From the NCBI GenBank assembly GCA_903857255.1, contig CAIODY010000091.1:11831-75830 (forward strand): DNA of 64,000 nt, in the 5' to 3' direction. The translations under genes were made by a program, and so were the position numbers. The stretch is from an uncultured bacterium. Its GTDB lineage: Bacteria; Bacteroidota; Bacteroidia; Chitinophagales; CAIODY01. The notes beneath the pieces are model-generated. The model was not told the origin of the DNA, did no database searches, and saw nothing but the letters and a program-made list of their open reading frames with translations. Numbering within the stretch: the stretch's first letter is position 1; every line of letters begins with the position of its first letter. Positions 20,301-27,288 of this stretch are shown here, one piece after another.

Positions 20301-21270
20301 TTGTAGCTATACTGGTAACTTACCTAATTTCAATGCGCCACCGCCAAGCAACGCAGGTATTCACGGCACACAGATAGTTGATATGTTGAATTATGGCTAT
20401 TATCAAGTAGAGCCTTATGATGCAACCAATTCACAAATGACTAACTATACTATCAATTACGACGCTCAAATGGCTTTCAACGGACATAGCAATGGTGTAG
20501 TAGGTTCAACTGCAGCAGGCGCACAATGTTATACTTTAATCAAAAAGCCTGCATGCGATAGTGCTTGGGGTTTGGGCGGTGGCACTTACAATAGCACCAT
20601 GCAACAAAGTGCAACTACTCCAACTTTAACATCAACCGTTACTTTGAAATTATTTGGCTTAAATGGTTTTTCAGAATTTGATGGTGGATTCAGCCCTGAT
20701 GCTGTATTGCCAATTGAATTGGTGAATTTCACAGTACAACAATCAGGCAATAATGCCGTGTTGAATTGGAACACGGCTTCAGAAAAAAACAATGATAAAT
20801 TTGAAATTGAAAGAAGCCTGAATGGTTTTGCTTTTGAAAAAATTGACGAAGTGAAAAGCAAGGGTGAAATGGCTAATAGCTATGATTTCGCAGACGCCAA
20901 CATCACTAATCTTAACAATAATATTTTGTATTATCGTTTGCGTCAAGTTGATTTTAATGGCAATTTCACTTATTCACCAGTTCGTTCGCTGATTTTGAAT
21001 AATGATGGAAAAGGCTTTGTGGTTAATACTTTTTATCCAAATCCGTTCAATTCATCTATTAAAATTCAACTGACTTCAACTAACACCAGTGATGCTAATT
21101 ATCAATTGTTTGATACCAAAGGCACTTTAGTTTTGCAATCAACCTTGCACATCAACAAAGGCGAAAACCTTTTAAATGTGGATGGTTTGGACAATTTAGC
21201 CAACGGCGTTTATTTGTTGAAAATAATCAGTGGCAGCAACGTATTCAACACTACTTTGCAAAAACAATAG
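11326..21270 (+). CDS. giant (3314 aa) T9SS-secreted beta-helix or adhesin-like protein with autotransporter-associated beta-strand (PATR-type) repeats
   Basis: Signal peptide MKRNLTRSLLATAFFFIFCLVTSNDSWG. Composition is extremely biased to S/T/G/N/A. PATR-like repeats include GSGSLTLSAVNTYTGGTSVSGGTLVVSG, LAGSNTYTGTTSVSGGTLTLSG and GILTLSGANTYTGTTTVSAGTLGLNG (nt about 12700-14350). There is an FN3-like piece, VTGLTNGTLYYFKVFTRNG. The C-terminus fits a T9SS sorting domain (FYPNPFNSSIKIQL...GVYLLKIISGSNVFNTTLQKQ). Confidence 0.9.
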   Translation: MKRNLTRSLLATAFFFIFCLVTSNDSWGQVTLSGTSYTQNFDGTTLPTGWSARDNATSTTLGSSTNTPATSNTWASTTGEFRFCASAKTPLTASSTSTAQNNATDRCLAIRPSGSFADPGQSFSLQIANTTGFTSFSISFSAQLLDPQVRTSTYAVQYGLGTSPTTWTTVGTTFTDLGINSGSWGATTISRSFSSSLDNKSGNVWIRIVCLTASSGSGSRCTFGIDDVNLTWSGPTNYYWNGSNTSALSGNWNTSSNYFSTPTATTTLAPWVDGSSNTANFQTANGGTVTLVANRTFNQANVSGTNFIFSTANGGGSGYQLNGPIVLAASAALQMPVDNSLTNDATLDLLGNLSGGSSSALNIRCNTTTAANSSRINLAANNVAVSVPTVNITGSGTSQAGFVATATGTTVSSNIVNSSSAATMIGATGSNDITITGNISGSGSVLFAAGQNGGNGNITLTPSTSNTYNGTTYFNGGTGIVKLGNVNGLSSSSDIVMGANSTYGQTLDLNGVSPTFQSLASNGGTGSITNNSTSANSTLTVNQTSTKTFGLVISDGSNKTTAFTKAGSGSLTLSAVNTYTGGTSVSGGTLVVSGNTSASGAYTVSNATLNITGTPTVAASYNLNTSGTLLILGQSNTGTNPGSFTAAYISMNGGTIQCNASGIDFSNSSAKYKGITLNSGGGTMDANGANTITLQPTITGTGALTLTNSGAAGGVIVIYQGSNNGTVGSLAHTYSGGTTINGGTNGVTVRLGSAQGLPTTTALSFSNTANTTFDMTNNGAGNYNQQVFSLSGGGSNGGNINLGSATLAVSGTQTTSYSGVISGTGGVTCSSSSVQTLAGSNTYTGTTSVSGGTLTLSGTNSYNGSLITGGTLSVSADANLGTAPGSPTTNITLGGGTLSATSSFTLNTNRKITLTNSTSSNIDVASGQTLSYGGIISGGGNLSKTSAGILTLSGANTYTGTTTVSAGTLGLNGSLTSNTTVSNGATLSGTGSTSGTCSISGTISPAGSGTAGTLSTGNFTFANGSAYTLDITDVGTASTNCDKIAATGTFAIATTTTINATFSGNAVTNFIPTTTYSWIIGTYTSGTPSIGTVTVNASGVTTQGQFTVSASGGNILLTYTPTTITISSQAASAANLTQNTTNNNIYTLIGTASGASVTVTSVTFSGTYTAADLTNFKLYYNTTGTFGTTTQLGSTITSIPTSGNAITFSGFNQSIAVGTPGYFYLSTDIPCAATGGNTLQINAVATTDIGTTSAVAGSTSAGSSFSVVATTPNNIASVTPTAGNNQVSVAFATPSGCYSEVMIVATATNANNNGTPTGNGSNYTASLTYGSGTAFGNGFVVYKGSTSPQVVTGLTNGTLYYFKVFTRNGTSWSSGVESSATPALIPATIYQQGFESGTLSSPNYSGGATMDANLSNSNWTIAAGTLQTFQGSGGTGTKALGVSSGSTSTPYTLTFSVASGYQLSVTSFSFWSNTSSTCAVSSITINGITITSGTISSTTSSSGVSTGTLSVANTVSGLTGTITVVVNITGSGSYRIDDFTLIGNVTTVPNYYLAANTDPTVAANWSTNTNGIGGTQPTSMTAPGYWYVTQNSNTPTTTWTNSWLPTGTVYVAAGSTFNIAGTMDLSSSTQIVALGSSATINTTAPGYIKTSNSSGFYGSTSTSISNANSPTISLNNASTVEYYGTSTQTVTTIVTYGNVKFTGSGGTYNISSALGTSGSPYVFANGTLTLSAGTLYLSIAAANTSYISVGNISIIGGTLDNNSTVSGNSCYLYVSGNWSQSAGVVQFSGTGYGKIIFNGGASSSYSGLISSSSFTYWLMQVTNSTSLTLNSNVALNGFTNGTNVFTLDLSSTLIDGGYTILANNSSGTASGNAFVISGNYKASNKNGFSGTVSTIISTSSTSLQLSSSTYNLISLGSSSTVEYAATTGTQTVSARSDYNNMTLSGGSAKTLGGASTVSGVLTLTNGILTTTSTNLLTLTNTANTAISGGSTTSFINGPITWTLGIALTGTYIVPVGVTSTYYPMAFAAGTISSGNPTINVQAFSTSPTGTADGSTIAAVGTEYWKVITTGSTFAVSSFSLAKTTSLGSMNVIAKSTTNAALSFSSIGGSSGTVSSTTGLVNSSSGLNGASTLYLCFGQTFQTYYLSTGGATNNLTDWFSNSNGTGSNPTSFTGVGIYWNIINNTSVTNAAAWTLGSNSKIIVGDGTNATTFTIPSSAAITGTTDVSNNANEIIQSSSIPTFGTISTGSTITYDGTLAQTITAATYYNLTISGSRAANVITLPSRQITVNNTFDPSAYSSTASTPVVVGTDTFNFSSASAQTVPAFYYGRLNLGTGPRTWASSGIIDINQGFTPTSGTNTITGSTIRYSSNSSGWLLSSFATNISGYQYNNLMFSGSGSWSMNNLALKVKNDLTVSAGTLILNGSSSASNAVFTVDGKVTLSGGTILTNSNTTYTSTFNIGGDFTLNGGTLTRSASAAAALVVFNSSSSTQNYTQTSGTISGTMSINVGTGSTTNILKLASNMTLGSATSNNITVNVLNGSAIDFGTNILSQNSTGGIFNLQSGANLYSGNANGIVATIPNTGSVQVSTITYNTAANYFYNGSVNQITGSGLPTTINNLTINNSASSGVVSLTNSTAPNNLFLNNGYFKIPSSINLNMPTSSVITANGGDFESSSSGNINFAGSNLISGVVSLYPIVNVNGSVDFGSASAIYSTMKMNNGGSVINNPPYYIAGSTLQYNASTNRGLEWSATINQGYPYHVQISNSITCNASGGAASTARQCGGNLTIDNGSTFTMNTTADQMTVPVTVKGNMNINGTLELSGVAGGDLVVKGNWTRASGATFTQHHRKVTFGGASPQTIAAPNISAETFDAIAINNTSNGTNSGVLLANGNNLVVNDSLILTSGKLNVGSGEVQILSTSVNAIQGHASISSNPATSNSFVVGAIRRKISTTAAAYDFPLGTDADKYEVAQINVNSNVDVDNLKATFNPFATAACSYTGNLPNFNAPPPSNAGIHGTQIVDMLNYGYYQVEPYDATNSQMTNYTINYDAQMAFNGHSNGVVGSTAAGAQCYTLIKKPACDSAWGLGGGTYNSTMQQSATTPTLTSTVTLKLFGLNGFSEFDGGFSPDAVLPIELVNFTVQQSGNNAVLNWNTASEKNNDKFEIERSLNGFAFEKIDEVKSKGEMANSYDFADANITNLNNNILYYRLRQVDFNGNFTYSPVRSLILNNDGKGFVVNTFYPNPFNSSIKIQLTSTNTSDANYQLFDTKGTLVLQSTLHINKGENLLNVDGLDNLANGVYLLKIISGSNVFNTTLQKQ

Positions 21271-21477
21271 TCGAAACAGAGTTGTTTGGATTAATTCTGT
21301 CAACAGAAAAATTGAATTGATTTTGTGATTCCTATTAACTATCCAAACCCAACAACACAAAGGCTTTACGCAGTTTTGATGCAACAAAAAAATTGCCTCA
21401 TAAAAAGTGAAGTTGCAAAGTTGACGAACATCAAAAACGAGAGAAAGATTTTTAATTTTACCAACAATTTTTTTAGA

Positions 21478-22146
21478 ATGAGAAATATTAAACTTCAATT
21501 TTTAGTCTTTTTTTTAAGTGTATTTTGTTTTGGATTTCAACAAATAAGTACATCAAAAAGTCACACGACAATTCAAGTTAAAATCAAAAACAAAAATGTT
21601 GTTGTTTATTATAACAATGATTCAACAAAGCAATTGACGTTTGCAGGAGCTGACGAAACACCATTTTTGTTAGATAACAATACTGTAATTTTTGTTCGTG
21701 AAACTTATGGTAACATTGATTTGCAAAAAGTGAAAAAGTTAATGAAAGTGAGGATTGACAACTTGATTGAGGAAACTATAACAGATAAGAAGCCATTTAA
21801 AGATGGATTGACATCAACAAATTTTATTGTTAACATTGACCAACCAACTTTATCTTTTGATAATAAGTTCCTTTATTTCTTAACTGAAAAATATGTTACC
21901 TCCTTTGAATTAGTTAAGGTTGATTTACAAACAGGGCAATGGATTGATTTGTTTGATGCAAACACATATTCGATGATGAAGTGTGGTCAATTTAAAGGAT
22001 TGATTTTGGTAGGTAAAGGTGAAATTCGAAATGAAGGAAGAAAAATGTATTATTACTTGTTGAATGAAAAAAATGAAAAATTGAAGGAGTTTGAATCATT
22101 CGAAAGTTATGAGCTTTTCAAAAAAAGTACACAAAATTGCCTTTAA
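21478..22146 (+). CDS. hypothetical secreted protein
   Basis: The internal Met at 21478 gives a signal-peptide-like start (MRNIKLQFLVFFLSVFCFGFQQISTS). The 51 codons upstream in the track ORF look non-coding. The gene is A+T-rich and I recognise no motif in it. Confidence 0.55.
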   Translation: MRNIKLQFLVFFLSVFCFGFQQISTSKSHTTIQVKIKNKNVVVYYNNDSTKQLTFAGADETPFLLDNNTVIFVRETYGNIDLQKVKKLMKVRIDNLIEETITDKKPFKDGLTSTNFIVNIDQPTLSFDNKFLYFLTEKYVTSFELVKVDLQTGQWIDLFDANTYSMMKCGQFKGLILVGKGEIRNEGRKMYYYLLNEKNEKLKEFESFESYELFKKSTQNCL

Positions 22147-22200
22147 AATTAAAAATGTATCACGAACAAATTTGTTTAATTTTTAGCAAGAAATATCTGA

Positions 22201-22803
22201 ATGAAAATTTTAAGAGTAGTAGGGATTTTAATTAAAGGCATAATCACAATTCCTTTTAGAGTTTTAGGTGCAATGTTCGAGGAAGAACCTAAAATTAAGA
22301 GTCCCTCTACAACTGTTAAATTTAAGAATCAAAATAAAAGTGGAGTTCCCGATTCATTTGATAAAGGAGAGAAATTTGAGGAATTCCTACGTGAAAAAAT
22401 TTTCACAAAAGAGAATTACATACTTGTTCATAAAACTCACAATTATCAAACTAATTCTAATGACTTTGTAGAAAGTAGTTTATTGCCCGACTTTAAATTC
22501 AGATGCAAATCAACTAACAAAGAATTTTTCGTTGAAGTAAAATTTAGAACAACAACTTTAGAAGGAAAAGTAGAATGGTGCAATCAAAAGCAATTTGAAC
22601 GTTATAAAAATGTCAATAAAAAAGCTCTAACTTTTTTGGCATTGGGCTATAAAGGAAGCCCAGCAAAGCCCGATGAGATATATGTGATTCCTATTTCAAA
22701 AATTAATTACTCGGGTTTATACCTTTCTACATTTGATGAATACAGAATTCCCACTAATAAGAATTTAAGTAATAACCAATTTTGGAAAATACAGAAAATA
22801 TAA
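22201..22803 (+). CDS. hypothetical membrane-anchored protein with a PD-(D/E)xK nuclease-like motif
   Basis: 200 aa with an N-terminal hydrophobic helix (ILRVVGILIKGIITIPFRVLGA). The motif arrangement is GEKFEEFL ... LPDFKF ... FFVEVKFR, i.e. E / PD / ExK as in restriction-endonuclease-fold or NERD-like proteins. The gene is A+T-rich (17/60 G+C at 22311-22370). Confidence 0.5.
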   Translation: MKILRVVGILIKGIITIPFRVLGAMFEEEPKIKSPSTTVKFKNQNKSGVPDSFDKGEKFEEFLREKIFTKENYILVHKTHNYQTNSNDFVESSLLPDFKFRCKSTNKEFFVEVKFRTTTLEGKVEWCNQKQFERYKNVNKKALTFLALGYKGSPAKPDEIYVIPISKINYSGLYLSTFDEYRIPTNKNLSNNQFWKIQKI

Positions 22804-22896
22804 TTCTACCAAACCAAAATCACCAACCTGCACCCATCCGAAATTTGAATTCAACTCATTTCCTATTCCCCTATTTTCTCTTCATCTTTGCAGCTT

Positions 22897-25305
22897 ATGA
22901 TTACCACCATTTTTGAAGGCGAACATTTAATGCCGGGCAACATCGGCAGATTAGCCATTATCGTAGTTTTTGTAGCATCGCTCATTGCTGCTGTTTCATT
23001 TTTTTTCAGCGAAAAAAAATCGGATGAAAAAGAAAAAACTGATTTCTTCAACTTAGGCAAATGGAGTTTCATCGCCATGAGTTTGGCTATGGCAGCCATT
23101 TTCAGCACATTGTTCTACATCATTTACAACCACTACTTTGAATATTATTACGCATGGCGACATAGCAGTTTAGAGTTGCCCGTGTATTACATCATCAGCA
23201 GTTTTTGGGAAGGGCAAGAAGGCAGTTTTTTGTTGTGGATGTTTTGGCAAACGGTGTTGGGCTTAATCATTTTAAAGTTTTCAAAAAGTTATAGAACACC
23301 AGTTTTGATGTGGATGAGTTTGGCGCAAATGCTGTTGTGTAGCATGTTGCTGGGCATTTATATTTTCGATTATCGAATGGGAAGCAATCCTTTTACGATG
23401 CTTCGTGATGCGATGCAAAACGCTCCGATTTTTAAGCAAGCGAATTATTTAAGTTTCATCACCGATGGCAATGGTTTGAATCCGTTGTTGCAAAATTATT
23501 GGATGGTGATTCATCCACCGGTGTTGTTTTTGGGTTTTGCATCGTGCATTGTTCCATTCGCTTTTGCGATGAGTGGTTGGTGGCGAAAAGATTTTGATGG
23601 CTGGACAAAACCTGCATTGGGCTGGACTTTGTTCAATGGCGTTGCTCTCACAACGGGTATCATGATGGGCGCAGCATGGGCTTACGAAGCATTAAGTTTT
23701 GGTGGTTATTGGGCTTGGGACCCAGTAGAGAATGCATCGCTGATGCCTTGGCTGACGCTGATTGCAGGCTTGCACACGTTGCTGGCATACAAGTATAGCG
23801 GACATGCACAAAAGGCAACTTTTATTTTATTTGGCTTGACTTTTTTGTTGGTGTTATACGCTTCGTTCCTTACCCGTAGCGGCATTCTGGGCACATCATC
23901 TGTCCATGCTTTTACCGATGATGGCTTAGGTTGGCAATTAGGATTCAACATTTTTGCTTTTTTAATTTTGTTTTTGGGGATGATTATTTTCAGAATTAAA
24001 AAAGTAGTAGAGCCTGAAAAAGAAGAAGAAATTTCATCTCGTGAATTTTGGATGTTCATCGGAGCCTTGGTGCTGCTGGTTTCTGTGATTCAAGTAACTT
24101 TCACTACTTCGATTCCTGTGTTCAATAAATTTTTCAATTTGAATTGGGCACCACCATCAAAACCTGTTGAGCATTACAACAAAATTCAAGTTTGGATTGC
24201 CATTCTGTTAGGCTTCTTAACTGGTGCAACACAATATTTGCGATTCAAAAAATCTGAATGGAAATTGTTTTTGAAAAGTATTATTCCTGTAAAAATTGTT
24301 TCGTTAATCATTGCAGGTTTTTGCATTTGGTATTTTGAAATTGGCAAAGTTGCTTATTGGCTAATGCTGTTTGCTGCTGTGTTTGCGGTGATTGGCAATG
24401 TGAATTATTTAGTGGTGAAATTGAAATCAAAATTCAAATTATCGGGTGCAAGCATTGCACACACTGGCTTTGGAATAATGCTGTTGGGCATTTTAATTTC
24501 ATCTTACAAACAAAAAATTCTTACAGAAAATAATCCCACCAATGGCATGATGGGCAAAGGTTTTGACGACAACATGAAACGTGAAAATATGTTGCTCGTG
24601 AAAAATGCTACCGAAAAATTAAATGGTTACGACATCACTTATGTGGGTGATAGCAGCGTTGCGCCCAACACTTTTTACAAAGTGCATTATGTGAAACACA
24701 ATACTGACGGCACTTTGGCGGATGATTTTTATTTGTACCCCAATGTGCAGGAAAATAAAAAAATGGGAACGGTGAATAATCCATCTACCAAACATTATTT
24801 CAGCCGTGATATTTATACCATTGTTACAGCCGCTTCTGAAAAGAAAAAAGACGAACCAACTGATGCAAAACAATATCAATTTTATAAAGCAAAACCGGGC
24901 GATACGATTCAGTTGAAAAAAGCAAAAGTGTTGGTAGAAAAAATCAGCAATGAAGTTTTAAGAAAAGATGTTCAGCAACAAAGTGGTGATATTGTGGCTT
25001 CGGTACGATGCCGTGTATTCAGCGACAATCAAAGCTTTGAAGCCGAGCCTGTTTATTTAATTCGGAATCAAATGGCTGTGCCTGTGGAAGCAAAAGTGGA
25101 AGATTTGGGTGTGAAAATTTTTGTGAATCAAATTTTGCCCAACGAAAATAAAATTGAATTTGGCATTGCCGAAGAAACACCAAAGTTAGATTACATCACT
25201 TTAAAAGCGATGGAATTTCCTTATATCAATTTGTTGTGGTTGGGCACTATTATCACTATGATTGGTTTTGTGATTTCGATTTGGAAGAGGACACAGAAGA
25301 AATAA
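22897..25305 (+). CDS. cytochrome c biogenesis heme-handling protein (CcmF/CcsA family)
   Basis: About 800-aa polytopic membrane protein with the tryptophan-rich heme-handling motif WGGYWAWDPVENASLMPWL. It sits directly upstream of the multi-heme ACIII operon. The track start is a TTG at 22888. The ATG at 22897 gives MITTIFEGEHLMPGNIG. Confidence 0.82.
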   Translation: MITTIFEGEHLMPGNIGRLAIIVVFVASLIAAVSFFFSEKKSDEKEKTDFFNLGKWSFIAMSLAMAAIFSTLFYIIYNHYFEYYYAWRHSSLELPVYYIISSFWEGQEGSFLLWMFWQTVLGLIILKFSKSYRTPVLMWMSLAQMLLCSMLLGIYIFDYRMGSNPFTMLRDAMQNAPIFKQANYLSFITDGNGLNPLLQNYWMVIHPPVLFLGFASCIVPFAFAMSGWWRKDFDGWTKPALGWTLFNGVALTTGIMMGAAWAYEALSFGGYWAWDPVENASLMPWLTLIAGLHTLLAYKYSGHAQKATFILFGLTFLLVLYASFLTRSGILGTSSVHAFTDDGLGWQLGFNIFAFLILFLGMIIFRIKKVVEPEKEEEISSREFWMFIGALVLLVSVIQVTFTTSIPVFNKFFNLNWAPPSKPVEHYNKIQVWIAILLGFLTGATQYLRFKKSEWKLFLKSIIPVKIVSLIIAGFCIWYFEIGKVAYWLMLFAAVFAVIGNVNYLVVKLKSKFKLSGASIAHTGFGIMLLGILISSYKQKILTENNPTNGMMGKGFDDNMKRENMLLVKNATEKLNGYDITYVGDSSVAPNTFYKVHYVKHNTDGTLADDFYLYPNVQENKKMGTVNNPSTKHYFSRDIYTIVTAASEKKKDEPTDAKQYQFYKAKPGDTIQLKKAKVLVEKISNEVLRKDVQQQSGDIVASVRCRVFSDNQSFEAEPVYLIRNQMAVPVEAKVEDLGVKIFVNQILPNENKIEFGIAEETPKLDYITLKAMEFPYINLLWLGTIITMIGFVISIWKRTQKK

Positions 25306-25313
25306 AATTTACC

Positions 25314-25652
25314 ATGAAAGAGTTCCTGCAAAATTTATGGACTTTCTTTTTTTATGTTGTTTTTATCGGAACAATTTTATTCGTGTTTTATTTTTTAATT
25401 GATTCAGTTAGCGAAATTGCAAATCGGTCTGAAGGAAAGAATACTTTGTTGGCTGAATTATGTGACTTCACAGACAAGCAAGCCGTCTGGATATGCAGTG
25501 CTGAAAGTATAGTAATGGTAATACTTTCAGGGGTTTCTATTTTTTATTTATTGAACTCGAAGAAATTAATCTCATTTCTTTTCTTCATTCTTATTTGGCT
25601 TTTTTTCTTTCTCACTTTGTGGTTTGAAAATTCACACAGAAATGGTTGTTGA
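25314..25652 (+). CDS. small hypothetical membrane protein
   Basis: The internal ATG at 25314 (MKEFLQNLWTFFFYVVFIGTILFVFYFLI...) follows the stop of the upstream gene. There are three predicted hydrophobic helices. The longer track ORF (25236) overlaps the preceding gene. Confidence 0.45.
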   Translation: MKEFLQNLWTFFFYVVFIGTILFVFYFLIDSVSEIANRSEGKNTLLAELCDFTDKQAVWICSAESIVMVILSGVSIFYLLNSKKLISFLFFILIWLFFFLTLWFENSHRNGC

Positions 25653-25897
25653 ATTTTTTGTTCGCCCAAAAGTGGCAACAGCAAAAAGTGAAAAGATGAT
25701 AAGTGGTAAAAGTTTTTTCATGTTCAAAAATAAAAATCAAAACGAAAGTTTGAAAAATATTTTCTGTTTTTCAAAAACATGACATTCATCATGTTTTGCC
25801 TTTCGCCTTCTACAATTGGCTACACACCTACTCGTTTTGTGTAAAAATATTTTATCGGTAAATTAATTTTATGCTTTTATAATTGAAAAGCGCAACT

Positions 25898-25905
25898 TAC
25901 ATTTG
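25898..25905 (+). promoter_or_regulatory. candidate -7 promoter box (TACATTTG) for the ACIII/cox operon
   Basis: It matches TAnnTTTG, lies 48 nt upstream of the actA ATG, and is the only such box in the 300-nt gap before actA. Confidence 0.4.
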
Positions 25906-25952
25906 CGGCTATCTATAAAAAACGGCTCACTAATTTTTCTTACGAATAGTTT

Positions 25953-27146
25953 ATGTATAAACCGGAAAACGCTGTACTCAAGCCAATCTTGGCACTTTTC
26001 TTTTTAACATTTATCGTTACAAAATTCTCATTCGCTGCGGTGGATGGCGAAGCAATCTTTAAAAACAACTGTAGCAGTTGTCATAAGATTGACGAAAAAA
26101 TGACTGGTCCGGCTTTAAAAGATGTTGAGAAAAGACGCGACAGAGCTTGGATTCATAAATGGGTACACAACTCGGCTGCTGTGGTTGCAAGTGGTGATGA
26201 TTATGCTGTGAAATTATTTAACGATTACAGCAAAACGCAAATGACTCAATTTCCAAATTTAAAAGATGAAGAAATTGATGGCATTTTGGATTATATCAAA
26301 ACGTATAAACCACCAGTTGCAAAAGCTACCACAGCAGGCGGTGATGCAAAAGAAGAAAACGGCGATTCACTTTATTTCTTAGCCTTGTTATTTATCATTT
26401 TCGTAGTAGTTTATTTGTTGATTGGCAAAGTAAACCGAAGTTTAATTTCATTGGTAAATGAAAAACAGCCAGGTGTTTTACCTAAACCAATTCCGTTATA
26501 CAAAAATCGCAGAATGCTTGGTTTCTTAGGCATTTTGGCGGTTATCTTTATTGGTTGGAGAGCTGCTGATTCGGCTGTTGACATGGGTCGTTCGCAGGGT
26601 TATACTCCAACTCAACCAATTAAATATTCTCACAAATTGCATGCTGGTGCAGTGGAAGATGGCGGTATGGCGATTGATTGTAAATATTGCCACGTTGGTG
26701 TTGAAAAAGGTAAACAAGCTGGTATTCCAACTGTAAATATTTGTATGAATTGTCACAAAGCTGTTGGTGAAACAGTGAACGGCACTGGCAAGGAAGAAAT
26801 TCAAAAAATTCGCGACGCTTATACATCGGGTAAACCTGTTGAATGGATTCGTATTCATAACTTACCTGACCATGTATTCTTTAGTCATGCGCAACACGTA
26901 AAAGCTGGTGGATTAGAATGTCAAACTTGTCATGGCGAAATTCAAAAAATGGAAATCGTTTCACAAAATCAGCCATTGTCAATGAGTTGGTGTATCAATT
27001 GTCATCGCGAAACAAAAGTATTGTTCAACGACAATAAATATTATGCGATGTATGAAAAATTACACCAAGACATGAAAGACGGAAAAATTAAAGGTGTAAC
27101 TGAAGCGATGATGGGTGGTTTGGAATGTCAAAAATGTCACTACTAA
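25953..27146 (+). CDS. actA: Alternative Complex III subunit ActA: multiheme cytochrome c with an extra N-terminal monoheme domain
   Basis: Six CxxCH motifs (CSSCH, CKYCH, CMNCH, CQTCH, CINCH, CQKCH). A TM helix (LYFLALLFIIFVVVYLLIG) separates the first monoheme domain from the pentaheme part. It is the first gene of an actABCDEF-ordered cluster. Confidence 0.88.
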   Translation: MYKPENAVLKPILALFFLTFIVTKFSFAAVDGEAIFKNNCSSCHKIDEKMTGPALKDVEKRRDRAWIHKWVHNSAAVVASGDDYAVKLFNDYSKTQMTQFPNLKDEEIDGILDYIKTYKPPVAKATTAGGDAKEENGDSLYFLALLFIIFVVVYLLIGKVNRSLISLVNEKQPGVLPKPIPLYKNRRMLGFLGILAVIFIGWRAADSAVDMGRSQGYTPTQPIKYSHKLHAGAVEDGGMAIDCKYCHVGVEKGKQAGIPTVNICMNCHKAVGETVNGTGKEEIQKIRDAYTSGKPVEWIRIHNLPDHVFFSHAQHVKAGGLECQTCHGEIQKMEIVSQNQPLSMSWCINCHRETKVLFNDNKYYAMYEKLHQDMKDGKIKGVTEAMMGGLECQKCHY

Positions 27147-27260
27147 TTTGAAATTCAATTGAACGCAGATTATTATGATTATTAAGATTGGCACAGATTA
27201 AAAATCATAACTTATCATAAAAATCAGCGTCATCAGCGTTCTATAAAAAATAAAAAATCT

Positions 27261-27288
27261 TAGTACCTAATACATAGTACTTAATACA
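27261..27288 (+). repeat. tandem 14-mer TAGTACcTAATACA / TAGTACtTAATACA, ending 9 nt upstream of the actB ATG
   Basis: Read directly from the sequence. The two copies differ at one position. Related copies are at 32251-32277 and 36140-36168. Confidence 0.85.

Noticed and set aside
11298-21498. Many 60-125 aa antisense or alternative-frame ORFs inside the giant genes and elsewhere (for example 12324..12698, 13908..14090, 17445..17672, 1613..1822, 3226..3468, 7139..7492).
   Set aside because: They lie entirely within long, well-supported genes. They arise from the strong S/T/G/N codon bias and repeats, and they have no start context or recognisable motifs.
25236-25313. An N-terminal extension of the small membrane protein ORF that overlaps the end of the cytochrome c biogenesis gene.
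   Set aside because: It overlaps 70 nt of a strongly supported gene in another frame. An ATG at 25314, right after that gene's stop, gives a sensible hydrophobic N-terminus.
25632-25721. A 29-codon minus-strand ORF, MKKLLPLIIFSLFAVATFGRTKNSTTISV, with a signal-peptide-like look.
   Set aside because: It is too short. It overlaps the 3' end of the 25314..25652 ORF and has no promoter box or supporting context. It may be the remnant of a truncated gene.
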